From an uncultured Gammaproteobacteria bacterium (GTDB lineage Bacteria > Pseudomonadota > Gammaproteobacteria > Xanthomonadales > SZUA-36): DNA of 64,000 nucleotides. Position 1 is the first letter of the stretch. The number at the start of each line of letters is the position of its first letter. The translations under genes and the position numbers were made by a program. The notes under the pieces were generated by a model, which ran no database searches, was not told the DNA's origin, and was given only the letters and a program-made list of their open reading frames with translations. Below are positions 57,294 to 64,000 of this stretch, one piece after another. The stretch lies in NCBI GenBank assembly GCA_942491555.1, contig CALOBN010000006.1, positions 128,505-192,504 on the forward strand, in the 5' to 3' direction.

Positions 57294-57842
57294 CTAGGAA
57301 CCCTGCACCTTCATCAGATTATGCAGGGTGGTGCCCAGCAGCAAGGCGATCAATCCGATAAAAATCAGTTTAACGCCCATCAGGACGCCGATGGCGATTA
57401 CGCCTGAAAACGGCGCCTGGAAAAAAAGCAGGCAGGCCAGCAGAACCGAAAGCACACCGCCGGCAAACAGCCAGCCCTTCCCCTTGCTGCCCTCGAGAGT
57501 GATGGCCACGATGATTTCCACCAGGCCGTCCATGAACAGGTAGCTTGCAAGGACAATGGTCAAAACGCCGCTGGCCAGAAGCGGATGTCCAACGATGAAA
57601 ACACCCGCCAGCAAGGTAAGCACCCCCACCAGGAATTTCCAGGCACCACTTCCGAAGGAATCGGCCCGGAATACCCAGATCATACGTAAGACACCAGCCA
57701 CCGTGACCACCAGCCCCACGAACAGCAACATCGACTCACCGACCACGAACGGAGCGGCCAGGGCCGCGATGCCGAGAATGATCGTAACGATGCCGATGAC
57801 TTTTGCGCTGGCGGAGGCGTCCGATTCGCTTGCGGTATTCAT
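57294..57842 (-). CDS. HdeD/DUF308 family membrane protein
   Basis: ORF 57294..57917; ATG 57842 (MNTASESDASASAKVIGIVTIILGIAALAAPF...). Paralog of 44240..44773. Confidence 0.8.
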   Translation of the reverse strand: MNTASESDASASAKVIGIVTIILGIAALAAPFVVGESMLLFVGLVVTVAGVLRMIWVFRADSFGSGAWKFLVGVLTLLAGVFIVGHPLLASGVLTIVLASYLFMDGLVEIIVAITLEGSKGKGWLFAGGVLSVLLACLLFFQAPFSGVIAIGVLMGVKLIFIGLIALLLGTTLHNLMKVQGS

Positions 57843-58014
57843 AGCTCTTCTCCCTGCCCGCATCACGAAAACTTTTGTCTCGTCGTCGGGTTCCTGGTTG
57901 TGGATTGACAGATGCACGCGAGTGTAAATGATTTGGTCGGTTTCCGAGTAGCTCCGGGCTCACCCAACAAGATGCCGTCTGCAAAACCTGTATACAAAAT
58001 CTGCTTTATAAGGT

Positions 58015-59520
58015 TTAAAGCTGGTTCTCAGGCGCAATTCTCAGAAACCAGGCGGAAAACCGGCGCCACCACGAAGCCAGCGGCTCTTTCGTCTCCACGA
58101 CTTCCTCACCATCAATATTGGCGTGCCAGCGCAGTTTTCCCTGCTCATTCAATGTGACACGGTAGGTCCATTGGGGAAGGCTGCTGAACAATTGTTCCGA
58201 CAGGCTTTCTGTCATTTCAGGCGAAAAGACCACCACGCCCATTTCCGAGTTGATCGCGATTGACCGGGGGTCCAGGTTCAGTGATCCCACGAACACGCTT
58301 TCGCGGTCAAATAGCATGGCCTTGGTATGCATGGTCATGGTCTGGTCTTCAGCAGCAACCGCATCGGCGCGCGCTTCAAATAACTCGACGCCCGCCCGGA
58401 TGATGTCTTTACGATACCTGGCATAACCCGAATGGACTGCCGTGTGGTTATTGGCTGCCAGGGAATTGGTGACAATGACAACTCGCACACCCTTGTCCAC
58501 GATGGAGCGCCAGAAATCAACGCCTGCCTCGCCGGGAATAAAGTAGGGTGTCATGATCACCACTTCAGAAGTGACTTCAGTGACAACTTCGGTCAGCGCC
58601 TTGACCAGCAGCCTGTTGTCAACATCAATCGCGGTGACGAGCTTGTCCGGATCATCCGTGATGACAATGGCATCAGCCGAGTAAAACCGGGTTTCCTGTT
58701 GACCGATACTCAGCATCAGATCCGAGTCGAACGCGTCCTGGTAGTGTTTGCGGGCCGCCTCAAGTTTTTCGCGAGAGAGAGTGTTGCGGAAATCCGCCAA
58801 TTCCTGCTCGGAAATGCGCCCCACCACGGCCTCTGCCGGCACCGAACGTTCGTGATTCCAATAACGGTCAAACTCAACGGACAGGGCCTCGGAAACCTCA
58901 CCAAAGATGAGCATATCGAAGTCCAGGAACTCGCCTTCCTGATTCAGGTTGAAATACTCATCGGCAATGTTTCGGCCACCCACAACGGCGGCAGCATTAT
59001 CAACAATAAATGACTTGTTATGCATTCGCCGGTTGGCGCGACTGAAGTCGCCCAGGTAGTTAAGCCCTTTGATTCCGGTTCTGGAAACCGGGTTGTACAA
59101 ACGCAACTCGATATTGGGGTGACCATCGATGATGGTCATTGCCTCATCCCCCACGGTGGTGAAAATATCGTCCAGCAGGAAGCGGACGCGAACACCCCGG
59201 TCGGCGGCGGCGAACAGCGCCGAGGCAAAAACCTGCCCGGCCAGGTCGTTTTTCATCAGAAAATACTGCGCGTCGATGGTTTTTTCCGCGGCTTCGATCA
59301 GGCGCAAGCGCGCACCCAGGGCATCGGTTCCGTCGACGAGCGGGTAGAAACCGGAAGGGCCGGGATTGATTGCCTGCCATGTCTCAATTGTCTGTTTCAG
59401 CGCTGTGGATTCACTGGCATCCATGGCAAAACTGGCCTCACGGGGCGTGTCAAAATCGACCGTTGCACAGCCAGCCAGCGCTGCAAAACAAAGAATGAGT
59501 AAATGATTGTTAATGCGCAT
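58015..59520 (-). CDS. phospholipase D family lipoprotein (ClsC-like architecture)
   Basis: ATG 59520. Canonical lipobox LAGC. HKD motifs MHNKSFIVDN...GGRNIADEY and MHTKAMLFDR...GSLNLDPRS. Confidence 0.85.
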   Translation of the reverse strand: MRINNHLLILCFAALAGCATVDFDTPREASFAMDASESTALKQTIETWQAINPGPSGFYPLVDGTDALGARLRLIEAAEKTIDAQYFLMKNDLAGQVFASALFAAADRGVRVRFLLDDIFTTVGDEAMTIIDGHPNIELRLYNPVSRTGIKGLNYLGDFSRANRRMHNKSFIVDNAAAVVGGRNIADEYFNLNQEGEFLDFDMLIFGEVSEALSVEFDRYWNHERSVPAEAVVGRISEQELADFRNTLSREKLEAARKHYQDAFDSDLMLSIGQQETRFYSADAIVITDDPDKLVTAIDVDNRLLVKALTEVVTEVTSEVVIMTPYFIPGEAGVDFWRSIVDKGVRVVIVTNSLAANNHTAVHSGYARYRKDIIRAGVELFEARADAVAAEDQTMTMHTKAMLFDRESVFVGSLNLDPRSIAINSEMGVVVFSPEMTESLSEQLFSSLPQWTYRVTLNEQGKLRWHANIDGEEVVETKEPLASWWRRFSAWFLRIAPENQL

Positions 59521-59552
59521 CCGGAGAAAACTCCTCTTGAACGATCATTTTA

Positions 59553-59574
59553 CGGGCTCGAATGGGAGCTTTGA
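59553..59574 (+). pseudogene. orphan copy of the last codons and stop of PLD paralog A
   Basis: CGGGCTCGAATGGGAGCTTTGA matches 54488-54509 (CGGGCTCGAATGGGAGTTTTGA) at 21/22 nt. It reads GLEWEL* against the intact GLEWEF*. Intergenic, on the opposite strand to both neighbours. Confidence 0.6.
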
Positions 59575-59593
59575 GCTACACGCGGCTGGCGGT

Positions 59594-60469
59594 TCATTCC
59601 CACCCGGCGCGGGGTCCGATTTCGGCATAAATCGCAAGATGATCGGCGACGATGTCCGGCAAGACCTGGTGGTCTATAAACTCGAGGTCCTTTGAAATCA
59701 GGATCCAGTCCAGTCGCTTGCCGTTACGCCCCTTGTAGGTGCCCATGCCTTCTTTGCCAGGCGCATGGGCGTGAAGGTCGAGTTTATCGGCCAACCGCCT
59801 CACCTGTGACTCCGGATCGTTCCACTCGCTGTTGAAATCGCCCATGACGACAAGCGGACCATCGATCTTCGCGAGCACGTCAGAGAGCTCATCGATCTGC
59901 CGATCGCGGACACCGTCACGCAGGAAGTCCAGGTGAAGCGAGGCAAAAGTGATGGACCGGACCCTGCCGCTAACCTGCCAATCGAAGGTTGCCCAGACAA
60001 ACCCTTTTCGCTTGGAAGGCCAGGACGGTTCAAAAGTCACCGACGCGTAAGCGCTCGGCCGGCTGCTCGTCAATAGCGCGGTGCCGTAGTTCGAAATCCA
60101 GGTCTGTGAGTGAAGTCCGTGCAACCGGCATTGGTAACCGGCGCGCTCAGCGATACGCTCGACATGGTCGAAGTTACCGCTCCAACGCGACGGCGCGTCC
60201 GCCTCCTGAAATGCAACCACGTCCGGGCCCTGATCGACGAGCAGCGCAGCAATCTCGTCGAGGTTAGCGTGGGTGTTGTCCTGGCTGACAAACAGCTGGT
60301 TGAGTGCGGTGCTGCGCCCATGGCTGATATTCAGGCTGAGCACACGGATGCGGTCCGCCGGCAGCGATGCAATTTCGTCCTCCGGTTCACACCATTTTAA
60401 TGACTCGCTTTGAGACTGTGTTGCCAGGGGCAATATCATCAAAAGGGCTGAACCCAGGATTCGAAACAT
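59594..60469 (-). CDS. endonuclease/exonuclease/phosphatase (EEP) family protein, secreted
   Basis: ORF 59594..60529; ATG 60469 (MFRILGSALLMILPLATQSQS). Blocks RVLSLNISHG, VVAFQEAD, VVMGDFNSEW and DHLAIYAEI are typical of the EEP fold (sphingomyelinase/phosphodiesterase type). Confidence 0.8.
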   Translation of the reverse strand: MFRILGSALLMILPLATQSQSESLKWCEPEDEIASLPADRIRVLSLNISHGRSTALNQLFVSQDNTHANLDEIAALLVDQGPDVVAFQEADAPSRWSGNFDHVERIAERAGYQCRLHGLHSQTWISNYGTALLTSSRPSAYASVTFEPSWPSKRKGFVWATFDWQVSGRVRSITFASLHLDFLRDGVRDRQIDELSDVLAKIDGPLVVMGDFNSEWNDPESQVRRLADKLDLHAHAPGKEGMGTYKGRNGKRLDWILISKDLEFIDHQVLPDIVADHLAIYAEIGPRAGWE

Positions 60470-60605
60470 CGCTGATACTCCCGCATAATTGGCTTTGCCG
60501 GGTTTGGGTAAGACGATCAACATGACCATCTCTGGGTTGCCGCCCCCAAACCTTGATCCGGTGCGGGCGTTTCAGGGCGACCTGTCCGGGACCGGCCGTG
60601 TGAAC

Positions 60606-61424
60606 CTAGCGCTTGCAACCACCAAAGCAAAAGCGCGGTTCGGTAAAGTAGATGAAACCGATTTCAAACCCCGCACCCCCGGAGCCGTCAAAGGCATCCG
60701 AGTAGGTCGCGGCCCAGACCCATTTCTTTCCTTCCCAGCGAACGCCAGCCCGGTAGCTTGGCGGTGCATAGGCCTCGCCAGCGGTGCCAAAGACCTCGGC
60801 GACAATCGCCGACTGGGGGATCACATCGTAGATCGCGAGTCTTGAGGCGTAGGTAAAACCCCAGGCGGTTTCACCCGTGTCGCCCTGGTCGAGGTTGACC
60901 TGAACCCCGGGTATTACGTCGAGCAGGACGCGGTCATTATTCCAGCCATAGGTAGCGGTCAGTGTCGAAAAATAGGAATCAAAGGCCTGGGTGACCACGC
61001 CCTGTTCGAGATAGTCCGGGTTGACGCCCGTTCCGACAAAGAGGGAGTAACCGGTGGTTTTTGCATCGTTCTCTGAGAGTCGGAATTTGGCGTAATAACT
61101 GGCGGCGGTATGGGATTCCGTCGAGTCGCGGGGGTCGTCATAGTAGTGAAAAAACTGCGCGTTTAACTCCAGGCCTTCTTTGGCGGCAAGCACAAATATG
61201 TAGGTAGAATATTCCTCACCGACCGAGCCGGCCTGGGTGGACACGCCATGCGGCGCCGTCCACTGGTTGTCTCCCATAAACTGCTGCGCCTGCGCGGGCG
61301 CCACCAGGACCAGCATTGCAAAAGCACCGATTAGCCAGGGACCAAACCGGGCTGGTGTGATTCTTGCCAAAGAAATTTTAAACACATTGGTTGCCTTCGT
61401 TTCGGGTTTGTCTGTGATCTTCAT
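60606..61424 (-). CDS. probable outer-membrane beta-barrel protein (hypothetical)
   Basis: ATG 61424. Signal-like LIGAFAMLVLVAPAQA, then alternating aromatic/hydrophilic strand pattern (YSTYIFVLAA, GYSLFVGTGV, GFTYASRLAIY). Family not recognised. Confidence 0.55.
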   Translation of the reverse strand: MKITDKPETKATNVFKISLARITPARFGPWLIGAFAMLVLVAPAQAQQFMGDNQWTAPHGVSTQAGSVGEEYSTYIFVLAAKEGLELNAQFFHYYDDPRDSTESHTAASYYAKFRLSENDAKTTGYSLFVGTGVNPDYLEQGVVTQAFDSYFSTLTATYGWNNDRVLLDVIPGVQVNLDQGDTGETAWGFTYASRLAIYDVIPQSAIVAEVFGTAGEAYAPPSYRAGVRWEGKKWVWAATYSDAFDGSGGAGFEIGFIYFTEPRFCFGGCKR

Positions 61425-61465
61425 GTTAAATCAAAAGGCCTGGCCGTCTATCCACCGCGGCGGCG

Positions 61466-61485
61466 TGATTATATTTTCATCAGGT
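61466..61485 (+). promoter_or_regulatory. conserved 20-bp box, copy 3
   Basis: The reverse complement ACCTGATGAAAATATAATCA matches copies 1 and 2 at 18/20. It lies 152 nt upstream of ATG 61637 in the same relative orientation, and about 40 nt upstream of the divergent ATG 61424. Confidence 0.45.
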
Positions 61486-61636
61486 TAAACAAATGTCCCG
61501 GTGCTATGTTTTCAAGCCCTCGACCCGTCTCGAGTTTACGTTACACCGTCAATTGTGATGGTCTGCTGAACCCAAACAGGGGTTTCAGCCGGGCGCGAGG
61601 AATTTAGCACTTATTAACAGCGAAAAGGAGAAGGAA

Positions 61637-61969
61637 ATGGGACTTGGATACCAGGAACACAGGGTTTACGTCGACATCGCGAAAGGTTTTCGGGAAATTC
61701 GACGCGCTGAGAATGCTTTTTACAAGGATAAGCTGGACAGTGGCCTCAATCACCTTACTAAAGCCCTGAATGATTTCAGCGCGGCCGTGGACCATGCGGA
61801 AAAAGCTGCGGACGATGCGTACGACAAGGCGGCCAAAGACATCGACAAAGGTAACGCTGAGCTGCAGAAAAGCATTGATGCGTATGCTGATGACGATAGC
61901 GACAAGGCTGCGACGCATTACGATCGGGCGGTGGCCCATTTCGACGATGCGTTGGATTTAATCTCCTAG
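61637..61969 (+). CDS. small acidic Ala/Asp/Lys-rich helical protein (hypothetical)
   Basis: Strong SD AAGGAG 8-13 nt before the ATG. 110 aa with no signal peptide and repeated DxAxKAxxDxxD-type helical segments. Followed by a strong terminator. Confidence 0.6.
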   Translation: MGLGYQEHRVYVDIAKGFREIRRAENAFYKDKLDSGLNHLTKALNDFSAAVDHAEKAADDAYDKAAKDIDKGNAELQKSIDAYADDDSDKAATHYDRAVAHFDDALDLIS

Positions 61970-62004
61970 CGTTTAGCGGTTCTCCATAGGTTTATTATGG
62001 TCGG

Positions 62005-62035
62005 AAAAACCAGTGGCAGCTTGCCACTGGTTTTT
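62005..62035. terminator. rho-independent terminator (A-tract/T-tract flanked, potentially bidirectional)
   Basis: AAAAA-CCAGTGGCA-gct-TGCCACTGG-TTTTT; a perfect 9-bp stem 36 nt after the stop at 61969. Confidence 0.85.
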
Positions 62036-62142
62036 ACGCTCCAGACGCCGAAACATCAGCTTGGTTATTCGACCGTTGGCCGCGTTCAAGCTCACAGCCG
62101 TGGCACAATGATGTGTCCCTAACCCCGCTATAGGACCAGGTC

Positions 62143-63330
62143 ATGATCAAACTCCGAGTTACCGCTCTGCTGCTTGCCTGTGGCCTGTCGCCGCTCACAT
62201 TCGCCGAAAACTGGCAGCCCATTACGGGCGCTGACGCCCTGCGCGACATAATTTCCGGGGCCGTGGTCGAGGTAAAGCTGAAAGCCGGCGTCACCTCCAT
62301 TGCCACTTATTCGGCTGACGGTACCGCGGTGGTCAAGGCCTGGGGCGAGTCCTTCCAGCGCACCTGGCAGATCGTGGGAGATGACCAGGTCTGCTACACG
62401 GATATCGAGACCAACTGCTTTACCCTGGAGCGGAATGCGGATGATCCGGGAGCGCTCAGAGCCACTGATGTGGAGAGCGGCGAGGTCTTCATGGCGCAGA
62501 TCTCCGGATCCGCTGGCGCTGAATTTATCGTGGAAGAACCGGCGGGCAGCGAGGGCGCGCTGGGTGAACCCTCTGCAGCGGAAGTTGCCGCTGCCCTGCT
62601 GGATCCGAACAGCACCTTGGGCACCCTGAATTTTAATCTTGATTACGTTTCTTACGAGGGTGATATTCCCGGAGCTGGCAGCGCGGAAGCCTGGCGCATG
62701 GTCTTTCAGCCCGTGTTGCCTTATTCGTTATCCGAATCCACCAACCTCTTTGTGCGTCCGGCGATTCCGGTAATTTTTTCCCAGGACGTACCGCGGGCGG
62801 GCGGCGGCTTCAGCTCCGAGGGGGTTGAACTGGGTGATATCGGCTTTGATGTAGCGGTGGGCAAAACCCTGCCCGGTGGAATCGTGGTGCTCGGGGGCGT
62901 TGTAGGCGCCTTGCCAACGGCCACCAATGATGCGCTCGGACTGGATCAATGGCTGCTGGGCCCGGAGTTCGCCATCGCCAAGCTGGCGGATTGGGGTGTT
63001 GTGGGCGTGCTCCTGACGCACCAGTGGGATATCGCCGGCGAGGACGACTTCGACACCAGCATTACCGGTGGTCAATACTCCTATGCCTTCAACCTTGAGA
63101 ACGGCTGGCAGATCTTCAGCGCACCGACCTTTTCGTACAACCATGAGGCCAGTAGCGGCAACAAGTGGACGCTCCCCGTGGGGGTCGGTGTCGCCAAGAC
63201 TTCGATCATCAGCGGCCGGCCCTGGAAATTCACTGCCCAGTACTGGCAGTACGTGAAAACCCCGGAAGACTTTGGGCCTGACTTCCAGTTGCGTTTCACC
63301 ATTACGCCGGTGGTTAGTCTGCCCTGGTGA
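62143..63330 (+). CDS. exported protein with C-terminal beta-barrel-like domain (hypothetical)
   Basis: ATG 62143. Signal peptide MIKLRVTALLLACGLSPLTFA, a ~100-aa N-terminal domain, then beta-strand-rich sequence ending ...LRFTITPVVSLPW. Confidence 0.55.
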   Translation: MIKLRVTALLLACGLSPLTFAENWQPITGADALRDIISGAVVEVKLKAGVTSIATYSADGTAVVKAWGESFQRTWQIVGDDQVCYTDIETNCFTLERNADDPGALRATDVESGEVFMAQISGSAGAEFIVEEPAGSEGALGEPSAAEVAAALLDPNSTLGTLNFNLDYVSYEGDIPGAGSAEAWRMVFQPVLPYSLSESTNLFVRPAIPVIFSQDVPRAGGGFSSEGVELGDIGFDVAVGKTLPGGIVVLGGVVGALPTATNDALGLDQWLLGPEFAIAKLADWGVVGVLLTHQWDIAGEDDFDTSITGGQYSYAFNLENGWQIFSAPTFSYNHEASSGNKWTLPVGVGVAKTSIISGRPWKFTAQYWQYVKTPEDFGPDFQLRFTITPVVSLPW

Positions 63331-63405
63331 GCGTAATGCCGGGTGGCTTTAAAACGCCAGTGATGAAGCGTGTGCCTGTCGGGGAAGCTTAAGGACTAAT
63401 TGGAT

Positions 63406-64000
63406 TTAGTTTTTTTCGTAGACCAGCTGTCCTTCTTTGATGGTTTCGAGCACTTTTATCGTATGAATCTTCATGGGATCAATTGTTAACGGGTTTTGGT
63501 CCAAAATCACGAAATCAGCCAGTTTGCCAACGGCGAGCGTTCCTTTGTGGTCTTCTTCAAAATACTGGTAAGCACCCCAACGAGTTTGGGTAAGCAAAGC
63601 TTCATACGGCGTCGTTCTCTGCCCGGGGCCGAGTACCAACCCACTTCGGGTCACCCTGTTTGTGGTGGCATCGATTATTCTCAATGAATTGGGTGGTATC
63701 ACCGGGCAGTCTGAGTGACTGGTCAGATTGATTCCCGCATCTATCAGGTCTCTCGTGGGGGAGATGTACTCGGCCCGCGGTGAGCCCAGCACGGAGTTTA
63801 GATGCCAGTCTCCCCAATAGAAGGTATGTGCGGCGTACTCGGAAGCGAGCACGTTCAGGTCGGCGATTTTCTGGATCTGGTCTTTTCTGATCACCTGCCC
63901 ATGAATTATTACTGAACGATGATCATCGTATCCATGATTTGACAGGGCTTCATTGATGAAAAAGAGAAAGTCATCTACCGCAGCATCTCCGTTGGTGTGA
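63406..64000 (-). CDS. amidohydrolase family protein (YtcJ-like), 5'-partial at window edge
   Basis: The frame stays open upstream of the listed ORF (63406..63894) to the window end (HTNGDAAVDDFLFFINEALSNHGYDDHRSVIIHGQVI...). HSDCPV and GTLAVGKLADFVILD blocks are typical of amidohydrolase 3. Confidence 0.7.
   Translation of the reverse strand, partial: HTNGDAAVDDFLFFINEALSNHGYDDHRSVIIHGQVIRKDQIQKIADLNVLASEYAAHTFYWGDWHLNSVLGSPRAEYISPTRDLIDAGINLTSHSDCPVIPPNSLRIIDATTNRVTRSGLVLGPGQRTTPYEALLTQTRWGAYQYFEEDHKGTLAVGKLADFVILDQNPLTIDPMKIHTIKVLETIKEGQLVYEKN

Noticed and set aside
52629-59520. The HKD/PLD proteins as nuclease effectors of an anti-phage defence system or as T6SS Tle5-type toxins
   Set aside because: All three carry lipoprotein or signal sequences and sit with cardiolipin synthase and a lipin-like phosphatase. 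No ATPase, helicase, methylase, immunity-like or T6SS genes are nearby. A lipid-metabolic role fits better.

Overview
64-kb chromosomal segment of a high-GC Gram-negative genome, most likely gammaproteobacterial (E. coli-like MscL, Xanthomonas-style fused aspartokinase/DAP decarboxylase). Hand counts give about 44/60 G+C in core genes. All calls rest on reading the ORF translations and the DNA by eye; no searches were run. I support about 45 protein-coding genes and see no rRNA, tRNA, CRISPR array or intact mobile element. Content: housekeeping and envelope genes (mscL, lysC-lysA fusion, class I aldolase, Na+/H+ antiporter, NRAMP), many exported hydrolases (S9, M20, BNR/sortilin-like), and three AT-rich islets (LRR protein at 3.3-6.0 kb, small sorting-signal protein at 12 kb, dioxygenase/glycosyltransferase islet at 28-30.8 kb). 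Two function-dense clusters stand out. (1) 40.2-49.6 kb holds exported amidohydrolases, three-motif beta-lactamase-fold hydrolases, a porin and a wHTH-TPR regulator. (2) 49.9-61.4 kb is a phospholipid-enzyme cluster with four HKD/PLD proteins, two of them ~1.9-kb inverted paralogs flanking a lipin/LNS2-like DIDGT phosphatase, plus an EEP phosphodiesterase, HdeD and an AI-2E permease. This is my best candidate for an undescribed system. Other structure seen directly: a conserved 20-bp direct-repeat box upstream of four genes, which links the two clusters. Three orphan copies of gene 3' ends flank inserted blocks. There is an IS3 orfA relic, an in-frame TAA splitting a DUF885 gene, and two dispersed intergenic repeat families.
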